Part shown: positions 20,311-27,714 of the stretch, one piece after another
Position numbering within the stretch: position 1 is the first letter of the stretch
How the letters are laid out: each line of letters begins with the position of its first letter
Source of the DNA: Alphaproteobacteria bacterium
GTDB lineage: Bacteria > Pseudomonadota > Alphaproteobacteria > UBA828
Reading direction: 5' to 3'
Length of the DNA stretch: 64,000 nt
Assembly (NCBI GenBank): GCA_963422645.2
Contig: CAXXVO010000017.1
Coordinates: 1 to 64,000 of the forward strand
Program-made: the position numbers and the translations under genes
Notes under the pieces: generated by a model
Seen by the model: the letters and a program-made list of their open reading frames with translations, nothing else
Databases searched by the model: none
Told to the model about the DNA's origin: nothing

Positions 20311-20995
20311 GGTCGAAGGACTCAACGCCGGCTACGGCCGCATCCCGATCCTGAACGGGATCGACTTCTCCATCGCGCGCGGCGAGATCGTGGGCGTGCT
20401 CGGCCACAACGGCATGGGCAAGACCACGCTGCTGCGCACGCTGATGGGGGAGATCAGGGCCACCGGCGGGAGCATCACCTTCGAGGACGAGGACATCACG
20501 CGGCTCGCCATGCACCGGCGCGCCCGGCTCGGCATCGGCTACGTGCCGCAGGGGCGGGACATCTATCCGCAGCTCAGCGTCATGGACAATCTGCGCATGG
20601 GCGAGATCGTGCGCCGGGGCCAGAGCGCGGTGCCGGAGCTGCTGGACTACTTCCCCGTGCTGGGCGCACTGCTGGAGCGGCCGGGGCGCGCGCTCTCAGG
20701 CGGCGAGCAGCAGATCCTGGCGCTTGCGCGCTGCCTCGTCGGCCGGCCGAGCCTGCTGCTGCTGGACGAGCCCACCGAGGGCATCCAGCCCTCCATCGTC
20801 GATCAGATTCAGGCGAAGCTTGCCGAGCTTGCTGCCGCGCTCGACCTCACGGTGCTCCTGGTCGAGCAGAACCTGCGCTTCATCCAGGCGCTGGCGGAGC
20901 GGGTGCTGATCATGCAGAAGGGCACCATCGTGGCGACCATCGCGCCGGAGCAGCTCTCCGACCGGGCGATCGTGGACGAGTACCTGGGCATCTGA
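20303..20995 (+). CDS. UrtE/LivF-like ABC ATP-binding protein
   Basis: GHNGMGKTT, LSGGEQQ, LLDEPTEGIQPS, VEQN. Confidence 0.93.
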   Translation: MLEVEGLNAGYGRIPILNGIDFSIARGEIVGVLGHNGMGKTTLLRTLMGEIRATGGSITFEDEDITRLAMHRRARLGIGYVPQGRDIYPQLSVMDNLRMGEIVRRGQSAVPELLDYFPVLGALLERPGRALSGGEQQILALARCLVGRPSLLLLDEPTEGIQPSIVDQIQAKLAELAAALDLTVLLVEQNLRFIQALAERVLIMQKGTIVATIAPEQLSDRAIVDEYLGI

Positions 20996-21237
20996 TGGGC
21001 GCAAAACGGCACTCGCGCCGGCGCGTGTTACGTCGCTCTTCGGCGACGGAATAGATAAAGCTGCCCTATTGTTCGGCAGCTGTCCCAACTGCATACCGTG
21101 TGGCGCAGCACCGCATTTGATGTTGACGATGGGCACGACAGCTCCATATTGCGGCTGTGGGCACAGTAACCGACAAAATGTGGTAGTGTTGACAGCTGCC
21201 AATATGCGCGGACAATGCTTCTGGCGGGAGGGCACTC

Positions 21238-21549
21238 ATGTCCGAAGATGAGCAGTCTATAATCGACCCCAAAATTGGTAAACTTTTAACTCCAGACGAA
21301 GTCGCGCTGGCGTACTCAGTGCCTGCCTTATCGGCGAACAGATTTTTTATACAACCTGTTGCATCGGGGGCTAGAATAGCGTTCGGGGAACATGTTCCGG
21401 GAAGCGACAATATACAATTTCGAATCGCTGTAACTTTATCAAACGAAGACGCTGTCCAACTGTACAGACTGCTTCAGCAAATGTTACGAGAGTTTGAAGA
21501 GGCGCTAGCAGCGCACGCACGGGATGCAGAGGCGCAAGCCGATGTCTGA
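21238..21549 (+). CDS. Hypothetical protein (low-GC islet)
   Basis: 103-aa ORF with GGGAGG SD, atypical codon usage, overlaps the next ORF. Confidence 0.65.
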   Translation: MSEDEQSIIDPKIGKLLTPDEVALAYSVPALSANRFFIQPVASGARIAFGEHVPGSDNIQFRIAVTLSNEDAVQLYRLLQQMLREFEEALAAHARDAEAQADV

Positions 21550-22057
21550 TGCCGCTGCTAGCGCTGGAGTGCCGCAAACGGGACCGCGCTTGGCGTATAC
21601 GAACCCAGCCAGAGATGTTCCCGGCATGAGAAGTGGGGGTGCTGGCGGCAGTAGCGGAAGTGGCGGTGGCGACGGATCAGCAGGGATGATCACGAAAGAT
21701 TATGTTGACGCGCAGGACGAAAAGACGCGGGCGCAGAACGACGCTCGATTTTCCGAGGTACTTGCAGAGCTCAAGATTCTTCAAACAATCGCTGCGTCGG
21801 GGCGTAGCGTTTGGGGTGCGGCGATAGCAACAATCGCGGCCATAGCAGGGTTGTTTATCGGCATCATGGCAATCGAGGGAGATCGATTCGAGAGTGGTAT
21901 GGCTGTGAGAAATACGCTTAGCACAGTAATACAACCCGTGATCGATGCTCAAGAAAAGCGGGATGCTGAACAAGACCAGAAGCTTGATAGGATCCTACAC
22001 GTAGTGGAGCAAATTCGCGATAAGCCTCAAGCAAGCGCGCCAGGAAGTCAGGATTGA
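21542..22057 (+). CDS. Hypothetical single-pass membrane protein (low-GC islet)
   Basis: Gly/Ser linker, hydrophobic VWGAAIATIAAIAGLFIGIMAI, coiled-coil-like C-terminus; start 21524 or 21542. Confidence 0.65.
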   Translation: MSDAAASAGVPQTGPRLAYTNPARDVPGMRSGGAGGSSGSGGGDGSAGMITKDYVDAQDEKTRAQNDARFSEVLAELKILQTIAASGRSVWGAAIATIAAIAGLFIGIMAIEGDRFESGMAVRNTLSTVIQPVIDAQEKRDAEQDQKLDRILHVVEQIRDKPQASAPGSQD

Positions 22058-22365
22058 GGAGCTCATCCCACAGCATAGGAAAAACGCTCTTGGCAACGCA
22101 AAGCGCTAGACGACGCTATCCAGCATGCTTTTCAGAGAACCAAGAAGTCAGGACAGAAGGGTCGTCTTAGCGTGTGTCAGAGGATACTCGCCTAAGTTTC
22201 CCCGGACCATAGTGCGGTGCACGGCGCGTGGCGGGGGCGCCATCATCGCGCCATGACGTGCAAGAGAGTCCAAATCGCGGCTGGCGGGTTGAGCGTGTGC
22301 GCCCGTCTGCGCCCGTCTGCGCGGTCGCCACCGCAATCGACGGCCGCGGCAGCAAGTTGGGGGAA

Positions 22366-22500
22366 GCCGCCCTGTACCACGTTGCGCCGCCATGAGCCGC
22401 TTTGAGCCGGAATAAGCCGCATCGGGAGAGGCCACCTTGGACCACTTTGGGTCACTTTGAGCCACCTTGAGCCGGAATAAGCCGGAATAAGCCACCAAAA
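22366..22500. repeat. Degenerate 10-bp tandem array, 6 units + 5 bp + 7 units
   Basis: GCCGCCCTGT ACCACGTTGC GCCGCCATGA GCCGCTTTGA GCCGGAATAA GCCGCATCGG gagag GCCACCTTGG ACCACTTTGG GTCACTTTGA GCCACCTTGA GCCGGAATAA GCCGGAATAA GCCACCAAAA. Confidence 0.85.
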
Positions 22501-22537
22501 TTTCCGCCGGCGCACTTTATCGCTCACGGCAGCCGGC

Positions 22538-23848
22538 CTAGAGGATGAACTTGCTGAGGTCCGCGTCCTTGGCGAGGTCGCCCACATGGGCCTGGACGTA
22601 ATCCGCATCGATGGTGATGGTGTCGCCGGAGCGGTCGGCGGCCTCGAAGCTGATCTCCTCCAGCATCTTCTCCATCACCGTGTGCAGCCGGCGCGCGCCG
22701 ATGTTCTCGACCGCGCGGTTGACCTCGGCAGCGAGGTCGGAGAGCGCATCGATGGCGCAGTCGCTGAATTCCAGCGTCACGTTCTCGGTCGCCATCAGCG
22801 CGTGGTACTGGCGGATCAGGCTGTTCTCGGGCTCGGTCAGGATCCTCTTCAGGTCGTCGCGGGCGAGCGAATTCAGTTCCACCCGGATCGGCAGCCGCCC
22901 TTGCAGCTCGGGCAGGAGGTCGGCCGGCTTCGCCAGGTGGAAGGCGCCCGACGCGATGAAGAGGATGTGGTCGGTGGTGAGCGCGCCGTGCTTGGTGGTG
23001 ACCGTGGTGCCCTCGATCAGGGGCAGGAGGTCGCGCTGCACGCCCTCGCGGCTCACGTCGGCGCCGAGGCGGTCGGAGCGCGCGCAGATCTTGTCGATCT
23101 CGTCGATGAAGACGATGCCGTCGTTCTGGGCGTTCTCCAGCGCTGTGCGCACGACCATATCCTGATCCAGCAGCCGGTCGCTCTCCTCCGCCATCAGGGT
23201 CTCGTAACAATCCTCCACGCTCATGCGCTTGATCGACTTCTGCTCGCCGAAGGCCTTGCCGAACATGTCGCCGAGATTGACCATGCCCATCTGGGCGCCG
23301 GGCATGCCGGGAATCTCGAAGGTGGGCAGCGAGGAGGACGCGGATTCGCTCACCTCGATGTCCACTTCCTTCTCCGCGAGCGAGCCGTCGCGCAGCATCT
23401 TGCGGAACTTGCCGCGGGTCTCCTTGGCCGCGTTCTTGCCGACGAGCGCGTCCAGCACCCGCTCTTCCGCGTTGAGTTCGGCCCTGGCGGCGACCTCCTT
23501 GCGCATGCGCTCGCGGGTCATGTGGATCGAGACCTCGACCAGGTCGCGGACGATCTGTTCCACATCGCGGCCGACGTAGCCGACCTCGGTGAACTTGGTC
23601 GCCTCGACCTTGATGAAGGGCGCCTGGGCGAGCCGGGCGAGGCGGCGCGCGATCTCGGTCTTGCCGACTCCCGTCGGGCCGATCATCAGGATGTTCTTGG
23701 GCAGCACCTCCTCGCGCAGGTCGCCGGTGAGCTGCTGGCGCCGCCAGCGGTTGCGGAGCGCGATGGCGACGGAGCGCTTGGCGTCGTCCTGGCCGATGAT
23801 GAAGCGGTCGAGCTCGGAAACGATCTCGCGGGGGCTGAAGGCGGTCAT
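22538..23848 (-). CDS. hslU: ATP-dependent protease ATPase subunit HslU
   Basis: [54 protein letters not shown]. Confidence 0.98.
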   Translation of the reverse strand: MTAFSPREIVSELDRFIIGQDDAKRSVAIALRNRWRRQQLTGDLREEVLPKNILMIGPTGVGKTEIARRLARLAQAPFIKVEATKFTEVGYVGRDVEQIVRDLVEVSIHMTRERMRKEVAARAELNAEERVLDALVGKNAAKETRGKFRKMLRDGSLAEKEVDIEVSESASSSLPTFEIPGMPGAQMGMVNLGDMFGKAFGEQKSIKRMSVEDCYETLMAEESDRLLDQDMVVRTALENAQNDGIVFIDEIDKICARSDRLGADVSREGVQRDLLPLIEGTTVTTKHGALTTDHILFIASGAFHLAKPADLLPELQGRLPIRVELNSLARDDLKRILTEPENSLIRQYHALMATENVTLEFSDCAIDALSDLAAEVNRAVENIGARRLHTVMEKMLEEISFEAADRSGDTITIDADYVQAHVGDLAKDADLSKFIL

Positions 23849-24408
23849 GCCTCGATCTTCTCCAGCACGATCTCGGTGTTGGTGTAGATGCAGATATCGG
23901 CGGCGATGGCCATAGCGCGGCGGGCGACCTCCTCGGCGTCGAGGCCTTCGATGTCGAGCAGCGCCCGCGCCGCCGCCAGCGCATAGGAGCCGCCCGAGCC
24001 GATGCCGATCAGCCCGTCCGCCGGCTCCAGCACGTCGCCGGTGCCGGTGAGCACCAGCGAGACCTCGCCGTCGGCCACCGCCATCATCGCCTCCAGCCGG
24101 CGCAGGTAGCGGTCGGTGCGCCAGTCCTTGGCGAGCTCGACGCAGGCACGGGTGAGCTGGCCCGGATGCTGCTCCAGCTTGCCTTCCAACCGCTCGAAGA
24201 GGGTGAAGGCGTCGGCCGTGGCGCCGGCGAAGCCCGCGATGATGCCGCCCTCGCCGAGGCGCCGGACCTTGCGGGCGTTGGCCTTGATGACGGTCTGCCC
24301 GAGCGTGACCTGGCCGTCGCCCGCGACGACCACCATGCCGCCCTTGCGGACGGCAAGGATCGTCGTCCCGTGCCACACCGGCCCGCCCTGTCGTTCTTCT
24401 TCGGTCAT
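23845..24408 (-). CDS. hslV: ATP-dependent protease subunit HslV
   Basis: HGTTILAVR...[25 protein letters not shown]; AGGAGG SD before the ATG at 24408. Confidence 0.97.
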   Translation of the reverse strand: MTEEERQGGPVWHGTTILAVRKGGMVVVAGDGQVTLGQTVIKANARKVRRLGEGGIIAGFAGATADAFTLFERLEGKLEQHPGQLTRACVELAKDWRTDRYLRRLEAMMAVADGEVSLVLTGTGDVLEPADGLIGIGSGGSYALAAARALLDIEGLDAEEVARRAMAIAADICIYTNTEIVLEKIEA

Positions 24409-24549
24409 GTCCTCCTGCCGCGCCCGCCTCGCCCGCACCATGTGGGCATTCCCCGCGTACGGTCAAGGGCAGGCGGGGACGCAGCGCCGGCACGCCCCCT
24501 GTCTTGCCAACGCCGCGCGCGCGGTGCTAAGCCCGAGCGTTGGCGGCAC

Positions 24550-24624
24550 GGGCGCTTAGCTCAGGGGGAGAGCGCTTGCTTGACATGCAAGAGGTCGATG
24601 GTTCAAATCCATCAGCGCCCACCA
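24550..24624 (+). tRNA. tRNA-Val(GAC)
   Basis: Acceptor GGGCGCT/AGCGCCC, D-arm TAGCTCAG, anticodon arm CTTGC-TTGACAT-GCAAG, GGTTCAAATCC, encoded CCA. Confidence 0.97.
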
Positions 24625-24755
24625 TGCCGCTGCGCCCGCCCACGGGCACAGGCTGAAGGGCGGGCGCACGGCGCCCCGCTCCTGCCTCCCCTCCCCATGC
24701 TTGCCGCCCGCCTTGACTCAAGAGATCGCCGGGCTGCGCTGTGTGGAGCAGGCCC

Positions 24756-25715
24756 ATGACGCGGCTGCTCGACGAGTTCCGCCAGAACCGGCTCATGCTG
24801 CCGACCGTGCTGCTGCTGCTCGGCGGCATCTCCTACGGCAGCCTGTTCACCGCCAACAAGATAGCGATCGACGCGGGCTTCCCCTTCATCGCCTATTCGT
24901 TCTGGCAGGCGTTGTTCGCGGGCGTGATAACGCTGGTGCTGGCCGCGATCGTTTCCAAGCCGCCGTCGCTCAGGAAAGAGAACCTCCGGGTCTTCGGGCT
25001 GGTTGCGGTCTTCGGCTTCCTGGGCCCGCTGCTGGTGGTCACCTACGTTGCCGACAGGCTGCCGCCGGCGGTGCTCACGCTCTGCGCGGCGCTGATTCCG
25101 GCGGCCACCTATTCGCTGACCCTCGTGCTCAGGTTCGACCGCTTCCGCTGGCTCAGTGTCGCCGGCGTGCTGCTCGGCTTCGGCGGGATCCTGCTCATCG
25201 TCCTGCCCACCGGCAGCCTGCCTGAGTCGGGCGCCTGGGTGTGGGTGCTGTTCTCGCTGCTGATGCCGCTCTGTGCGGCGGTGAACAACGTCGCAGGCGC
25301 GCGCTTCTCGCCGGTGGGCGTGAGTGCGTTCGCGCTCTGCGGCGGCATGATGATCACGGCCGCGCTCCTGCTGCTCATCGTGATGCTCGCCCAGGGCGAG
25401 TTCTTCCTGCCGACCGACGCCGATTCCTCCGGCCTCTGGGGCCTGCTCTGGGCCACGGCCGGGCAGGCGATCACCTACAGCTGCTTCTTCGAGATCGTGC
25501 GCCGCGCCGGCGCGCTTTTCTTCGCGCAGCTCAACTACGTGGTGGTCGCCGCCGGAATCTTCTGGGCCAGCATCTTCTTCGGCGCTGCGCTCAGCCACTG
25601 GGTCTGGGCCGCGGTGGCGGTGCTGGTGTTCAGCCTGGTCCTGATCAACGCCGGCACCGCACGAGGCTTGCGCGAGCAGACCGCCCGCTACGAAGCGAAG
25701 CGGTCGGACCAATAA
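24756..25715 (+). CDS. DMT/EamA family transporter
   Basis: About 10 hydrophobic segments with two-repeat organisation; GVLLGFGGILLI. Confidence 0.85.
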   Translation: MTRLLDEFRQNRLMLPTVLLLLGGISYGSLFTANKIAIDAGFPFIAYSFWQALFAGVITLVLAAIVSKPPSLRKENLRVFGLVAVFGFLGPLLVVTYVADRLPPAVLTLCAALIPAATYSLTLVLRFDRFRWLSVAGVLLGFGGILLIVLPTGSLPESGAWVWVLFSLLMPLCAAVNNVAGARFSPVGVSAFALCGGMMITAALLLLIVMLAQGEFFLPTDADSSGLWGLLWATAGQAITYSCFFEIVRRAGALFFAQLNYVVVAAGIFWASIFFGAALSHWVWAAVAVLVFSLVLINAGTARGLREQTARYEAKRSDQ

Positions 25716-25787
25716 GAGCGATAACGTCTTGCCGCGTCAGGCAAATCAGCCTATCAACCGCGAGCATTTAAGCGACGACGACAATCG

Positions 25788-27029
25788 ATGGCGTTCGGCC
25801 TCCTGAAATACGGCCTCTCCCGGCGCCGGCCGGTGAAGCGCTTCCTCGCCGCCCGGCCGGAGCTCAGGCCGAGCTACGACGTGGCCATCATCGGCGGCGG
25901 CGGCCACGGGCTTGCGGCCGCCTACTACCTCGCGGCCAAGCACGGCGTGCGCAACGTCGCCGTGTTCGACAAGGGCTATCTCGGCGGCGGCAACACCGGG
26001 CGCAACACGGCCATCATCCGCTCGAATTATCTGACGCCGGAAGGCGTGGCCTTCTACGAGGAATCGATGCGGCTCTATCGGGGCCTCAGCGAGGAGCTCG
26101 ACTACAACATCCTCTATTCCGAGCGCGGTCACTTCACGCTGGCGCACTCCGACGCGGCCATGCGCACCTCGCGCTGGCGGGCCGAGGTGAACAAGCACCT
26201 CGGCGTCGATTCCGATGTCGTGGAGCGCGACGAGCTCGCCCGCCTGGTGCCCCTGCTCAACATGTCCGAGGACGTCCGCCACCCGGTGCAGGGCGCGCTC
26301 TATCACCCGCCGGGCGCGCTGGCCCGCCACGATGCGGTCGCCTGGGGCTACGCCGGCCGCGCCCAGGAGCTCGGCGTCGAGATCCATCAGGAGACCGAGG
26401 TCACCGGCATCAACATCGAGAAGGGGCGCGTCGTCGGGCTCGAGACCAGCCGGGGGCCGGTTGCCTGCGGCAAGGCGATGCAGGCGGTGGCGGGGCTGAG
26501 CGGGCAGGTCGCGCGGCTTGCGGGCTTCACTCTGCCGATCCGCACCGTGCCCTTGCAGGCCTGCGTCTCGCTGCCCCTGAAACCCTTCCTCGACCCGATC
26601 ATCGTCTCGGGCAGCCTGCACGTCTACATCTCGCAGTCCGACCGGGGCGAGCTGGTGATGGGCGGCGCGACCGACCCCTATCCGCGCTATCAGACCTCGT
26701 CGACCCTCGACTTCATGGAGGGGCTGATGGCGCACATCCTGGAGCTCTTCCCCTTCATTGTCGACGTGCCTGTACTGCGCCAGTGGGCCGGCATGACCGA
26801 CATGACGCCCGACTTCGCGCCGGTCATGGGGCTCACCCCGGTCGAGAACTACTACATCGATTCCGGCTGGGGCACCTGGGGTTTCAAGGCGACGCCGGTC
26901 TGCGGCTCCACCATGGCGGAGATGATCGCGACCGGCCGCGTGCCCGAGTTGATCAAGGAATTCCGCCTCGACCGCTTCCGCGACTTCTCGCTCCTGGGCG
27001 AGAAGGGCGCGGCGTCGGTCGGGCATTAG
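25788..27029 (+). CDS. Heterotetrameric sarcosine oxidase beta-like / N-methylglutamate dehydrogenase subunit A
   Basis: IIGGGGHGLA, GGGNTGRNTAIIRSNY, ARHDAVAWGY, GWGTWGFKATP. Confidence 0.92.
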   Translation: MAFGLLKYGLSRRRPVKRFLAARPELRPSYDVAIIGGGGHGLAAAYYLAAKHGVRNVAVFDKGYLGGGNTGRNTAIIRSNYLTPEGVAFYEESMRLYRGLSEELDYNILYSERGHFTLAHSDAAMRTSRWRAEVNKHLGVDSDVVERDELARLVPLLNMSEDVRHPVQGALYHPPGALARHDAVAWGYAGRAQELGVEIHQETEVTGINIEKGRVVGLETSRGPVACGKAMQAVAGLSGQVARLAGFTLPIRTVPLQACVSLPLKPFLDPIIVSGSLHVYISQSDRGELVMGGATDPYPRYQTSSTLDFMEGLMAHILELFPFIVDVPVLRQWAGMTDMTPDFAPVMGLTPVENYYIDSGWGTWGFKATPVCGSTMAEMIATGRVPELIKEFRLDRFRDFSLLGEKGAASVGH

Positions 27030-27045
27030 GGCGGAGCGCTGCGTC

Positions 27046-27714
27046 ATGAAGATCATGCCCTGCCCGCTCAACGGGCCGCGCAACATCCAGGAGTTCGTCT
27101 GCGCGGGCCCGGTGGAGCGGCATCCCGATCCGAACCGGTGCACGGACCACGAGTGGACCGAGTACGTCTGGATGGAGGAGAACCTGGCCGGCGTGGTGCG
27201 CGAGTGGTGGTGTCACGTCGCCACGTCCTACTGGTTCATCGCCGAGCGCAACACGGTGAGCGACGAGATCCTCGCCACCTATCCGGCCGACCGGATCTTT
27301 TCGCAGCGCGTCGAATTCGAACCCCTGGCACCGCCGCCCGAGCCGGCCGCCGCGACGGTATCGAAACCGGCGCCGACGGAAACCACACCGGAGCCGCCCA
27401 AGGAAAGTGCGCCGCCGCCCGAGCCGCCCCCCGCTGAGGCTGCACCCGCGGAAGCCACACCGGAACCGTCTGAGGCTGCCCCCACTGAGGCCGCGCAGGA
27501 CGCGCCGACGGAAGAGCCGGCCGCGCCTAAGCCCGAGGCCGCGCCGGAAACGCCGGAAGCTCCGGCAGAAGCCGCGTCGGCCGACGCGGCCGCCGAAGGC
27601 GATGCACCCGCCGACGAGGCGTCCGCAGACGATGCATCTGCGGACGATGCACTGGCGGACGAGGCGCCTGCCGACGATACGCCGCCCCGAGAGCCGAAGG
27701 ACCCGGCGGCATGA
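27046..27714 (+). CDS. Sarcosine oxidase delta-like / MgdB with long acidic Pro/Ala-rich tail
   Basis: MKIMPCPLNGPRNIQEF...EWWCH...ERNT core, then low-complexity extension. Confidence 0.85.
   Translation: MKIMPCPLNGPRNIQEFVCAGPVERHPDPNRCTDHEWTEYVWMEENLAGVVREWWCHVATSYWFIAERNTVSDEILATYPADRIFSQRVEFEPLAPPPEPAAATVSKPAPTETTPEPPKESAPPPEPPPAEAAPAEATPEPSEAAPTEAAQDAPTEEPAAPKPEAAPETPEAPAEAASADAAAEGDAPADEASADDASADDALADEAPADDTPPREPKDPAA

Noticed and set aside
22366-22500. Possible CRISPR array
   Set aside because: Units are 10 bp and contiguous with no unique spacers; no cas genes in the window.
24550-24624. tRNA-Val as integration site
   Set aside because: No duplicated tRNA 3' end noticed and no adjacent integrase; flanks are core genes.
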